64,000 nucleotides of DNA, taken from the IMG/VR virus record IMGVR_UViG_3300011008_000022; one strand, 5' to 3'. The position numbers and the translations under genes are program-made. Origin of the DNA: a virus. Under the pieces are notes generated by a model that was given only the letters and a program-made list of their open reading frames with translations, had not been told where the DNA came from and did not search any database. Shown here piece after piece: positions 33,094 through 41,678 of this stretch (positions are counted from its first letter, which is position 1; every line of letters starts with the position of its first letter).

Positions 33094-33720
33094 TTATTCA
33101 AGTGATTTCCATTGCGCTTGCGTCACATCTTTATCCTCTGCAGCGTCAAGTATCTCCTCTATGGATTTCTCGCCAACCACACCCACATAGATGCCAGCGG
33201 TAATGGTGCCGGTATCATCATCCAGATTGTCGTATCTCAGTTCTATCAACTCCGTTTTTTCAAGAGTCTCTAAAAGTTTCTGACGTGCCTCCAGTTCAAG
33301 ATGGTATTTCCTACGGCTCGTTTCCATTTCGTTATAGCCTTTTAGAAACGATGCCTTGTATCTATAAGTATGCTCAATGCGCTCCATGCGCACATTATGG
33401 GCCACCATGAGCACTTTGTCATAGGAAAACGGGTCGTTAATCTGACGCATGTGTTTCAGCAGGTCGTTATTCTTCTCTGTCAGTTTTGCGTTCTGCTCCA
33501 CCAGGACCTTGCTACCCTCACGCATCACCTCCATTTGCTCCTTCATCACTTCATTCTGTTTCCTGAATAGGATGTTAGAGGTTATCACCAGCATATACAG
33601 CAGATCGAGCACTCCATGAAAAGTGTCCCCCTTCATAAAGAAGTAAAAGGAGAAAAGTATTAGACCACACATCAGCAGCCCGTTAAATGCCCAAAAGCAA
33701 ATTGTCTTCAATGTCTTCAT
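33094..33720 (-). CDS. membrane-anchored coiled-coil protein (208 aa)
   Basis: Two N-terminal hydrophobic helices followed by a charged helical region. Confidence 0.7.
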   Translation of the reverse strand: MKTLKTICFWAFNGLLMCGLILFSFYFFMKGDTFHGVLDLLYMLVITSNILFRKQNEVMKEQMEVMREGSKVLVEQNAKLTEKNNDLLKHMRQINDPFSYDKVLMVAHNVRMERIEHTYRYKASFLKGYNEMETSRRKYHLELEARQKLLETLEKTELIELRYDNLDDDTGTITAGIYVGVVGEKSIEEILDAAEDKDVTQAQWKSLE

Positions 33721-33724
33721 GTCT

Positions 33725-34222
33725 TTATAGCTTTTTGTTCATACTAACTGTAAATCCCTGCTGTCCTTCAGGGTTCTCATCGTATATCTCAAATCCCAAC
33801 TTTCTATACCAGGGAATGAGGAAAGTCCCTTTGCGGGCACTCAGGTATATCTGTTCCAGCCCCTGCTCTCTCGCCACTCTCTCAACGCGCTTCATTAGCT
33901 GGGTACCAACACCCTTCTGTCGCTCTTCCTCCAACACCTGTAACGATGTAATGGCACCGGCATCTGTGCGCTCGTTTTCGATAGACAGCATCACCATTCC
34001 TCGGCCACCATCGACGATGATAGTAAACGATTTACCCCACCACCACAGGTTTTCGTGGATAATCTCTTTACACTGCCTTCTTTCCCATACAGAACCATGA
34101 TGAAAAAACTGCTGTGCCACACGCTTCTCTTCAGGAGAAAAGCGACTACGATATTGCTCTTCCTCTACGATGGCCTCTTGCACAGCCTGTTTCAGTTTCA
34201 TTAGCTTTTTGAAATCTACCAT
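33725..34222 (-). CDS. GNAT-family N-acetyltransferase
   Basis: LQVLEEERQKGVGTQLM (Q/RxxGxG/A acetyl-CoA motif A) and YRKLGFE motif B-like. Confidence 0.75.
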   Translation of the reverse strand: MVDFKKLMKLKQAVQEAIVEEEQYRSRFSPEEKRVAQQFFHHGSVWERRQCKEIIHENLWWWGKSFTIIVDGGRGMVMLSIENERTDAGAITSLQVLEEERQKGVGTQLMKRVERVAREQGLEQIYLSARKGTFLIPWYRKLGFEIYDENPEGQQGFTVSMNKKL

Positions 34223-34225
34223 AAC

Positions 34226-34591
34226 TCAATCTTTTTTTATCAGTTCGTGTGCATCATAACCGCACCAGGTATTGATACCGCTGACAGCCTGCATCAGCTC
34301 GTGCCAATGAGAATACGCCCCCTCTATCCACAGCATCTTTCCGCTGGTATAGATGTATATCTTTTGAATGTTTTTATAGTGGATGCGAAGTCTGTCAACG
34401 ATGGATATCAATTCCTCTCTCAGCAGATAGAACGGGTCGCCACCAGTGAGGCATACCGTATGAGCTTGTTTCAGGTCCTCTACTGTTATCACAGGCAGTT
34501 TGTCTATGTCATAGAGTCTGTTGCAACATAGCGGGCAGTTGTGGCCGCATTTGTGCGTGATGTAAAGATGATATATCTGTTCCATAATCAT
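34226..34591 (-). CDS. small radical-SAM activase-like protein (NrdG/QueE COG0602-like)
   Basis: HKCGHNCPLCCN (CX3CX2C cluster motif), VCLTGGDPF (GGEP-like SAM motif), IYIYTSG; only 121 aa. Confidence 0.6.
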   Translation of the reverse strand: MIMEQIYHLYITHKCGHNCPLCCNRLYDIDKLPVITVEDLKQAHTVCLTGGDPFYLLREELISIVDRLRIHYKNIQKIYIYTSGKMLWIEGAYSHWHELMQAVSGINTWCGYDAHELIKKD

Positions 34592-34605
34592 ATAATTAAA
34601 ATGAT

Positions 34606-34998
34606 TTATTTAACTTCAGTAAATATGGTATGACGTTCCACGAAATATGCCTCACACCTAATCAATTTACCCTTTTTATCCCGCTCGTGGTTACGGTATC
34701 TTATATCCGTGCCGTCGAGGAACAGCTGACAGTTACGCTTCGACGACATAAACAGTCGCCATTCCGCTTCCAGATACACCCACTCTTCACCCTTGGGCTT
34801 AGAGTCAGTCATCAGTCGCTCCATCAACTTCTGCCCCATGTCACGGGCACCCTGGTAGTAGGAGGCATACATGGCCAGTCGTTGCACACTGATTTTTACC
34901 TCGTGCTCAACGGCAAACAGCTTCGCCCGTTCATCCTGCCGACGCTCTAAAATCTGCCTCGCCTGCTCAATGATTTTGTCCTCTTGCTTCGTATTCAT
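34606..34998 (-). CDS. hypothetical protein (130 aa)
   Basis: Start preceded on the minus strand by a TTCATCA-type array (34999-35020). Confidence 0.7.
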   Translation of the reverse strand: MNTKQEDKIIEQARQILERRQDERAKLFAVEHEVKISVQRLAMYASYYQGARDMGQKLMERLMTDSKPKGEEWVYLEAEWRLFMSSKRNCQLFLDGTDIRYRNHERDKKGKLIRCEAYFVERHTIFTEVK

Positions 34999-35020
34999 AA
35001 ATTTATGAATTGATGATTTG
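34999..35020 (-). repeat. TTCATMA array on the minus strand before ATG 34998
   Basis: Minus strand caaatcatcaattcataaatttATG; orientation follows the gene. Confidence 0.7.
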
Positions 35021-35857
35021 TTAGAAAAATAAGTCTATCATTTTCTGGCTCATGTAGTAGGGAGGCTTATGCTTGTGCGCCTTGTTATATTCACGAGCCT
35101 TTGCTATATGCTCCTTAGTATGTTCGCTATCCACAATCCAGAAGTCATCATGCGACTTCCATGCGATAGAGTATTCAATGTTTCCATCTTTATCCAGGAC
35201 ATAGACGGAAATATCTCTGTAAGTGCGACATTCACGCCCAGTAATATGACCATAGAGCGTAGCATAGTCACCTTCCACGATACACGTTTGCCCAGTCTCT
35301 TTGTGACGTATCAGATAACCAGGCATAAAGCGCACGAAGTTCGCATTATACTCCAGCATCTTATTGATGGCCGGAATAAAGTATTGCTCCCATTGCTCAT
35401 CGGTATATACATGCTTCTCTATATACAGTCGTGCATCATCCAACATCTGCTCAGAACTCTTGATGTCGTTGCCGTCGTGAGTCATTTCGTAAGTAAGATA
35501 TTCCACCTCGTCGCCACCCATGGCCATGCGGTTCTGCATCGCACAGATGTTTCCGTGCCACAACTCCATTGTGCGCTCAAACATTTCCACCGTCTCAGGA
35601 TTGATTGGTCTCGCTTTCAACTGTTCAAGTGTTATGGTGTTCTTTTCCTGGGATTTCTCCTTTTTCTTCTCCATCAGTTCCTGTGCTAAACCGATGATAT
35701 AATTACACGTCCCCGTCAGCTCTTCTAAATTCTCAAAATGGAATTTAATACTGTTAGGCTCTCGCATGTTGATGCACTTCAACTCCATAAAGAAGCTGTC
35801 ACCAGTCGCTTCACTCACGGTGCAACAAATCTCCGCTCTTTTAAATACCTTTTCCAT
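35021..35857 (-). CDS. hypothetical protein (278 aa)
   Basis: Long ORF tightly packed in the minus-strand operon. Confidence 0.7.
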   Translation of the reverse strand: MEKVFKRAEICCTVSEATGDSFFMELKCINMREPNSIKFHFENLEELTGTCNYIIGLAQELMEKKKEKSQEKNTITLEQLKARPINPETVEMFERTMELWHGNICAMQNRMAMGGDEVEYLTYEMTHDGNDIKSSEQMLDDARLYIEKHVYTDEQWEQYFIPAINKMLEYNANFVRFMPGYLIRHKETGQTCIVEGDYATLYGHITGRECRTYRDISVYVLDKDGNIEYSIAWKSHDDFWIVDSEHTKEHIAKAREYNKAHKHKPPYYMSQKMIDLFF

Positions 35858-36142
35858 CTATTTATATCTAAAACTTTTACTGATTCTAAATTTGTTGTCA
35901 GCAGCTTTTCTTCCGAAAAATATGGCAAACCTGAATTGAATGCAGAGGAATGAAAGTTCTGTGGCAATATACCATCGTCTGCCCCATCCTTTATAATATT
36001 TCATGTAAGGAAATTGCACGATTAAAGAGGGGATGAGGTGCAAGTAGGCTCCATTGATTCCGTAACCAATGGAGAAACCAAATTGTAGCAATATTATTTT
36101 GAGTCTGATATTTAACTCTTGTCTGTATTCTGGTATCTTCAT
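35858..36142 (-). CDS. hypothetical small protein (94 aa), possibly membrane
   Basis: Abuts the downstream ATG and overlaps the upstream stop by ATGA. Confidence 0.5.
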   Translation of the reverse strand: MKIPEYRQELNIRLKIILLQFGFSIGYGINGAYLHLIPSLIVQFPYMKYYKGWGRRWYIATELSFLCIQFRFAIFFGRKAADNKFRISKSFRYK

Positions 36143-36489
36143 TTCTCTTCAAATAAATTATTCAACTTCCACTCAAAATCTTTATCACTCTTAATCACAT
36201 GGTCAAAGGGCGTTTCTATCTTTTCGATGATGGCGATGTATATCAGACATGCCAAAACGTTAAACCCGTAGTCAGCATCTGTATGGTTCCCTGAGTAGTA
36301 TGCCTGTGCGCGTATGCGTAACATATACCTCACGAAGTCGCTCTGCTCAGTTACTAATGTAATAGCCGTATGAAGAAAACAGGAGTATTTAGGCTTATAC
36401 TGATAGTCCCAAGCCTTGTATATCGCCATTAACTCATCAGGAGTCTTGCGGCTTAATCTGATCAGAGCGAGTATTTCTTCTTTTTTCAT
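36139..36489 (-). CDS. hypothetical protein (116 aa)
   Basis: 4-nt overlaps at both ends (translational coupling). Confidence 0.65.
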   Translation of the reverse strand: MKKEEILALIRLSRKTPDELMAIYKAWDYQYKPKYSCFLHTAITLVTEQSDFVRYMLRIRAQAYYSGNHTDADYGFNVLACLIYIAIIEKIETPFDHVIKSDKDFEWKLNNLFEEK

Positions 36490-37304
36490 CGAGTAGTATA
36501 TGTCATGTTATCACTCTTCACACTCACGCTCACCAGTCTCAGCCGATTGTCACCGTCACTCAGGTTCGCATTCAGCCACTCCTGAACACTCTCTTTCAGG
36601 AACTCTGCAGCATCGTTAGCAGGGTAGTGGTCACACCAAGGGTACGTCAGTTCCACCTCTATCTTCATCGTCTTAGGCATCTTCTGGCGGTCCTCTTTCC
36701 ACAGTTCAATGGCTTGCTGCATCAGATCGTCATCGTTCACCTCCTTTTTAGGATTTGCCATTACCAGGCTCTCCCATCTTCTCATATCCTTTGCCCACTC
36801 TTTCCGCAGAGCTTCCGGCACTTCTATCACCCTGTCGTGAATTTGGCCTAAAGTACCTATTGCCGACGGCCCTGCATACGGATTGCCACTGATACCACTG
36901 CTCAGATAGCCAAAACCATGATGGAAGTCCCACATCCTTCCCCAGAACGGGAAAAACGGCTTATCGTTAGGCTTTGCAGGTCGCCACCAGTCCTCTTCCT
37001 TAAAGGTGATGTCATCGGTAGTCTTTCCCAGCTTCTCAGGATGCTTCTCGAAGTCCTTAAACTTTGTTTTCACGTAGTCTATCTGCTTCTCGATCTCCTC
37101 TTTCGATGGTCCTGTCATGTTGGGCCATATCTTCTTTGTCTGGGCGAAGCTATCCACCGTCAGTTTCTCCACTTTCGGTTTCAGCGTCTCGTATTCCTCC
37201 ACAGTGAGACCCCTGATAGGACCAAAGTCAGACTCCTGGCATAGCAATCTCCATACCAGGCCGTCCACCCACCATAAGTGACAATAAACAAACTCTTCTT
37301 TCAT
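36486..37304 (-). CDS. hypothetical protein (272 aa)
   Basis: Long ORF; family-B hairpin upstream at 37322-37349. Confidence 0.7.
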   Translation of the reverse strand: MKEEFVYCHLWWVDGLVWRLLCQESDFGPIRGLTVEEYETLKPKVEKLTVDSFAQTKKIWPNMTGPSKEEIEKQIDYVKTKFKDFEKHPEKLGKTTDDITFKEEDWWRPAKPNDKPFFPFWGRMWDFHHGFGYLSSGISGNPYAGPSAIGTLGQIHDRVIEVPEALRKEWAKDMRRWESLVMANPKKEVNDDDLMQQAIELWKEDRQKMPKTMKIEVELTYPWCDHYPANDAAEFLKESVQEWLNANLSDGDNRLRLVSVSVKSDNMTYTTR

Positions 37305-37321
37305 GTCTCTTCTATTTTTTT

Positions 37322-37349
37322 GTTCTGTATGTCGCTATGCCATAGCGAC
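37322..37349 (+). repeat. family-B hairpin between minus-strand genes, + orientation
   Basis: gttctgtatGTCGCTATGcCATAGCGAC. Confidence 0.9.
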
Positions 37350-37357
37350 TCATTCTT

Positions 37358-38166
37358 TCACTCCTCAAAGTCCAGCGTCATCTGCCTGCCAGCCTCTTTG
37401 ATGCGTTTCTCGGCGATGGCGAAATACTTGGGGTCTTTCTCGATGCCTATATATTGCCGCTTCTCAATCACAGCAGCCACACAGGTAGTGCCGCTCCCCA
37501 TCGTATTGTCAAGAATTACCCCCCCGAATTGGTATAAGTCCTAATCAGATAGCGAAGCAGATCCACGGGCTTTTGTGTCGGATGGTACACCGTCGTCTCG
37601 TGCTCCTTCTGAATATGGATAATCGACTGAGGGAATTTCTCGTTAGGTCGGGTAGGGGCCACTTTCTTGATCTGCTTATCGTAGTCATACGTCCTGCCCG
37701 TCTTGAACTGTCCGTAACAGTTGTTAGTCCTCGGATGCTCCAACTTCCCTTGCGAGTGGTTCGGCTCACCAATGCCCATCTGAGGGTTATACACTGGCAG
37801 CTGCTTATAGAACACACAGATGTCCTCATGGCAGCGCATTGGCATCCTGTTCGCATTCAGGAACCCTGTTCCACGTCCTTTGTCCCATATCAGGTTATAT
37901 CGCCACAGTTTCCTGTTACTCTGCATCAGGTCGCTGGTAAACATCCCCTGACCAAACAGAGCAATCACACCTCTCGGCTTGATGATGCGCTCATAGTGCG
38001 CCCAAAGAGGCTCAAAGGGTATCATCCTATCCCATTGCGCATTCGGGTTATCCTTATGTAGCACCTGGTATGGCAAATCACAGATAATCGCATCTATGCT
38101 CTTATCTGCTATCCCTGCCATCAGTTCCAGACAGTCGCCCTGGTATATGTGGTTTGCTTCTAACAT
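37358..38166 (-). CDS. N4/N6 DNA methyltransferase (PF01555-like), reading frame broken at a G7 tract
   Basis: N-terminal part 37516..38166 has DAIICDLPY (motif IV) and HPTQKP and ends ..YTNSGG-stop. With one extra G at 37519-37525 it continues [40 protein letters not shown] (motif I) to a stop at 37358-37360. Confidence 0.8.
37519..37525 (-). repeat. homopolymer G7 (minus strand) interrupting methyltransferase 37358..38166
   Basis: Minus strand aattcGGGGGGGtaattc; 8 G would restore the frame. Confidence 0.9.
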
Positions 38167-38178
38167 ATCTCTATCTTT

Positions 38179-38206
38179 GTTCTGTCTGCAGCTATGTCAT
38201 AGCGAC
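38179..38206 (+). repeat. family-B hairpin between minus-strand genes, + orientation
   Basis: gttctgtctgcaGCTATGtCATAGCgac. Confidence 0.8.
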
Positions 38207-38211
38207 TCCAT

Positions 38212-38388
38212 CTATCCCTTTTTCTGATGTATCTCTTTTTGCATAGCCCTGGCTATTTGCTGGTAGCGCACCTTGTGAATGTCGCTCGTGGTTGAAACCA
38301 TCTGCAGGTCCCTCATATATAGCTGTCCTGCCATCGTTGCCAACCTCGCCAGCCGTTTCACCCTCGGCTCATGTATGTTTATACTCAT
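38212..38388 (-). CDS. small hypothetical protein (58 aa)
   Basis: MSINIHEPRVKRLARLATMAGQLYMRDLQM...; below track cutoff; fills the gap between two family-B hairpins. Confidence 0.4.
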   Translation of the reverse strand: MSINIHEPRVKRLARLATMAGQLYMRDLQMVSTTSDIHKVRYQQIARAMQKEIHQKKG

Positions 38389-38396
38389 TCCTTTTC

Positions 38397-38424
38397 GTTC
38401 TGTATGTGGCTATGTCATAGCCAC
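38397..38424 (+). repeat. family-B hairpin, stem variant, + orientation
   Basis: gttctgtatGTGGCTATGtCATAGCCAC. Confidence 0.9.
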
Positions 38425-39553
38425 CCGTCAAATTCCAATTCATACTGGAGGAACTTCTCGGCATACCATTTCTTGTAGGCTTTTCCACTGATCCACCAGT
38501 CGAAGATGTTTCCGGCTATTTCCTGCTCTTGCTCATCAGTCAAGCCGTCAGGCGATGAGCAATCTGAAAACCCGCTTTCCAGTGGTTCGGGTCTGGGTGT
38601 TGGATGAACCCGTAATCGTCGGTCTTTCCCCCAGCGTATCGGCTTCCAGTCTTTTCCAATACCGTACCACAGGGTTTGTTGTGGTAAGCGTTCTTTGCAA
38701 TACCCCCCCCGAACGGATGGCTATGATAGCCTTTATCCAGTTTCTTCTTACGTGAGGCCATCGCTCGTTTTCAACCGTTTTCTGTCTGGGTGGCGACATC
38801 GGACAGCAGATGCAACCTATGCGGGTAAATCCTTGGTCGTAGAGTTCGCAGTGTGGCACCTGTACCACCTTATTCAGAAATTCCCATACATCCCTTTCAG
38901 TCCAGTGGATGATAGGCGATATCAACAGTGTTTCTTTACCACTGATGCAGCCTATGGTCTTCTCTTCTTTGGCATTGGTGATATTCACCTCACCCTTCTT
39001 TCGTGTGCTCGGCGATTTGGTCGCCGATAGCTTTTCTTTCCTGAACTTCTCAAAGGCTTTCAGATCACCGCTGAATGAGTAGTTGCTAATCTCCACCTCA
39101 TTACGTTTGGCCCTGTTCCGACTCTCCTGGTGTCTGATGCCGATGAGTGTCACTTTGCCCGCACCGGCTTTCTCCTTGAACTCTTCGCAGCACCATCTTA
39201 CTTTCTTGGTAGGTAGCAGCTGCTTTCTCAGAGCAACATGGTAGATGCTATCCTTGGGTTTGATGAGTTCCACTTCTGGATATTCCCGTTTCACAAAACG
39301 GATCACCTCTGGCGGGTCCACAGAAGTCAAATTCATGTGTCCCTCGAATTGTACGCCGGCCAACTGTGCAATATGGATGAGCGCCTGACTGTCTTTGCCT
39401 CCGCTGAAAGCAAGGTAATACCCCCCCCCTCGTATCGTAGGCCAGTGCCAACTTCTCAGCCTTACGCAGTAGGCTGATGGAGTATTCCATCTTCCTGCGT
39501 AGCCGTTTGCTGGCTCTTCCATACGCTTGTGCCAATGTCATGTTTATCTTCAT
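38415..39553 (-). CDS. PAPS-reductase/DndC-like PP-loop protein, frame broken at G9 and G8 tracts
   Basis: Core YYLAFSGGKDSQALIHIA (PP-loop SGGKDS) and RIGCICCP. The natural-looking N-terminus MKINMTLAQAYG...LALAYDTRGG is in another frame and joins if tract 39421-39429 has 8 G. After tract 38703-38710 all three frames stay open, and the longest ends at 38415. Confidence 0.7.
38703..38710 (-). repeat. homopolymer G8 (minus strand) in the PAPS-reductase-like gene
   Basis: Minus strand ccgttcGGGGGGGGtattgc; all three frames are open downstream. Confidence 0.9.
39421..39429 (-). repeat. homopolymer G9 (minus strand) in the PAPS-reductase-like gene
   Basis: Minus strand gatacgaGGGGGGGGGtattac; 8 G would join the N-terminus to the PP-loop core. 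Confidence 0.9.
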
Positions 39554-39656
39554 TATATGTCTCTTATTTCCAATATTCCGAAAAAATAAGCCCCTTTTTC
39601 GTGACTTTTTCTCTTATTCTCTATTTAAATGGCAAATTAAGCAGTTTTTGACCGCC

Positions 39657-39848
39657 TTATTTTGTCAAATATAACTCCCGCTCCTCTTCATCGCAGTGGT
39701 CAATAATCGTTGGCTCCTCGCCCTTTGCTCTTTGCGGACAGAATGCTGTCGTCTGCTGGAAGCGCTCACAGCTCTGCTTCAACAGACAGCGCTCCCCATG
39801 ACAGAGTAACATCAAATGTTTTCCCATAGCTCTTAATGTTTCGTTCAT
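39657..39848 (-). CDS. small Cys-rich hypothetical protein (63 aa)
   Basis: Six Cys residues; start codon lies inside the flank of family-C motif 39838-39868. Confidence 0.5.
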   Translation of the reverse strand: MNETLRAMGKHLMLLCHGERCLLKQSCERFQQTTAFCPQRAKGEEPTIIDHCDEEERELYLTK

Positions 39849-39868
39849 TGTAAGGCGATTGCATCGCC
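39838..39868 (+). repeat. family-C motif, + orientation in the minus-strand block
   Basis: gtttcgttcattgtaaGGCGATtgcATCGCC. Confidence 0.85.
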
Positions 39869-39872
39869 GTCC

Positions 39873-40471
39873 TCAGTTAAACCATTTAATCACCGTGTCG
39901 CCCTGATAGCCTTTCACCCACACAAACCAGGCATAGGCCGTCGCGCTCCCGCTGATCTTATCAAACTCACCATTCATGGCACATAGCAGTCTCGATGAAC
40001 TGACCCATACTCGTGCCGGAGGCTGTGTCCTGAACAGGTGCTTTCTCCCTCGCCCTTCCAAAAAGGTAAGTTTGAGAAACATGCACACCTTTTTCCCCTC
40101 TGGAATAATCTGCAGCGCTTTCTCCACAAACTCTTGTGCATAGGCATAAGGCGGGTTTGTAATGATGTCCCCGTCCCATTGTAGATTGTCGATAGCCAGA
40201 AAGTCGGCCACTTCTCCATAACCTCGATCGATGATATCTCGCGAAGTAACGGAATACCCCCCCTAATAAGCACCTTACTGATGTGACCCTCGCCACAGGC
40301 AGGTTCCAGGATGGGACCGTCAAACTTTTCCAGACGTAGCAGCCACTCCGTCGCCTTTGGCTCAGTGGCATAGTAGTCACCCCAAGCCCGCTCATGGTCG
40401 GTATGGTTACTGGCACCCAGCGTCTTAAACACCGATGCCCTGCCTCCTACCCAGTCTTTCTTCTCGCTCAT
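39873..40471 (-). CDS. N6-adenine DNA methyltransferase, reading frame broken at a G7 tract
   Basis: N-terminal part has ILEPACGEGHI (motif I) and ends in frame ..VLIRGG. With one extra G at 40257-40263 it continues YSVTSRDIIDRGYGEVADFLAIDNLQWDGDIITNPPY (motif IV). Probable ATG at 40471 overlaps the upstream stop (TGATG). Confidence 0.8.
40257..40263 (-). repeat. homopolymer G7 (minus strand) interrupting methyltransferase 39873..40471
   Basis: Minus strand cttattaGGGGGGGtattcc; 8 G would restore the frame. Confidence 0.9.
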
Positions 40472-40605
40472 CACATCAAAAGGTTTTTCTCTCTCAATAT
40501 ACTTTTCACTCGTGCCGGCTTCACCTTGGCAATGCTGGCAATGTTCTGTATCTGCCATCCCTCTTGATGCAGAGCGATGATCTGTTGTTCAATAGTCTTA
40601 TTCAT
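40471..40605 (-). CDS. small HTH protein (44 aa, resolvase/Hin-type HTH-like)
   Basis: MNKTIEQQIIALHQEGWQIQNIASIAKVKPARVKSILREKNLLM; below track cutoff; stop overlaps the methyltransferase start. Confidence 0.5.
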   Translation of the reverse strand: MNKTIEQQIIALHQEGWQIQNIASIAKVKPARVKSILREKNLLM

Positions 40606-40607
40606 AG

Positions 40608-41672
40608 TTATAGTGTAATTTTTACTTCTACATTATCGATAGTCAGTACCACGCCGCCTCGCCAGCCACGCCTCTGTATCTCGTCTATCAGCTCCTTATC
40701 CGTGAAGTATTCAAGAGTAGTTGGCACAGCGGTCTTTCCTGGTTGCACTTGGCCATGACCAAAGCCACCGATAAAGTCATCTATGCCTCTTTCTATATGC
40801 TCATTCAGCTCCTCTTCAGCAGGGGCATGGTTGTTTTCCTCTTGCTCCTCTTCTCCCGCCACCGTGCCCTGCCGTTCTTGGCTGGGTTCTTCCACTACTC
40901 CCAGCGTATCTCCGCTGGGTCTCTCCACTGTGTCCGCTGTTTCTCCAACGGGTATTTTAGGCACTAAGCCTTTTCTTCCCTGTCGGCTCTCTCGTGGTTC
41001 AAAAGAGGAAAGATCTTTCTCATCACACCAGTAGAAACCACCAGCCAACCGTTTCTTATCGATGGCCCTGCTGATGTTCTTAATGCCCAGCCCATGTTCG
41101 GCTGCACCCATCGACTCCCACACCCTGACAACCTTCAGCGTCGAGGGGTCTATTTGTGCAACCTTGCGCTTGGCTCGGTTCTTACTTCTTCCCAACGTGT
41201 CCCGTTCACCCTGATAGGGATTTTTCGGCGTCACCCGTGTTTGCTTCCTTTGTTCCATAACTGGCGTATTTTGTTCTGATTTTAACACTTTTCGTTCCAA
41301 TTTCGGCTCTTTCCGTTCCAATTTTAACGCTTTCCGTTCTTTCTGCTCCTTTTCCGCAGGCAGAGGCATCGCCTCTGCACCATCCAGGATGGCTCTGTAG
41401 TCAAACGTCGGCATCGGGCATTCCTCTGGCGCTTCATCATGCGCAAAGTTCAGCACATGCACCATCACACTGGCAGCGCGTGTCTTATCCTCCACGAACA
41501 CAGGGCCACGCTTTTTCATCGCCTCTGTCAACACCGATAGCGTCAGCATTTTGCAGGGCGTGTCAAAGTCTAACTTCCTCCACACCTGCATAAAGGCACT
41601 GCGCGTCTTGATATATAGCGTCTGCCTCTGTTTCTGCTTACCCCATTTTTCGTATGCTTCTTTCAGTGTCAT
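40608..41672 (-). CDS. DNA-binding protein with NUMOD-like motif; no catalytic domain recognised
   Basis: VAQIDPSTLKVVRVWESMGAAEHGLGIKNISRAIDKKRLAGGFYW resembles NUMOD1-type modules of homing endonucleases. Probable start MTLKEAYEKW at 41672. Two + oriented family-A hairpins sit in frame at 40858-40920. Confidence 0.6.
   Translation of the reverse strand: MTLKEAYEKWGKQKQRQTLYIKTRSAFMQVWRKLDFDTPCKMLTLSVLTEAMKKRGPVFVEDKTRAASVMVHVLNFAHDEAPEECPMPTFDYRAILDGAEAMPLPAEKEQKERKALKLERKEPKLERKVLKSEQNTPVMEQRKQTRVTPKNPYQGERDTLGRSKNRAKRKVAQIDPSTLKVVRVWESMGAAEHGLGIKNISRAIDKKRLAGGFYWCDEKDLSSFEPRESRQGRKGLVPKIPVGETADTVERPSGDTLGVVEEPSQERQGTVAGEEEQEENNHAPAEEELNEHIERGIDDFIGGFGHGQVQPGKTAVPTTLEYFTDKELIDEIQRRGWRGGVVLTIDNVEVKITL
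40858..40920 (+). repeat. two family-A hairpins inside minus-strand CDS 40608..41672, still in + orientation
   Basis: ccaccgtgCCCTGCCGttctTGGCTGGGtt and ccactactCCCAGCGtatctcCGCTGGGtc. Confidence 0.85.
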
Positions 41673-41678
41673 CTTTTT

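Noticed and set aside
37545-38061. ORFs 37545..37856 (-) and 37573..38061 (+) overlapping the methyltransferase
   Set aside because: Shadow frames; the methyltransferase motifs identify the real frame.
38279-38491. + strand ORF 38279..38491
   Set aside because: It is opposite to the operon direction and spans a family-B hairpin. A small minus-strand ORF and the PAPS-reductase C-terminus explain the region better.
39967-40416. Third minus-strand ORF 39967..40416 (149 aa)
   Set aside because: No motifs and Arg/Ser/Gly-rich. It overlaps the two methyltransferase halves. It is noted only as part of the observation that all frames are open here.
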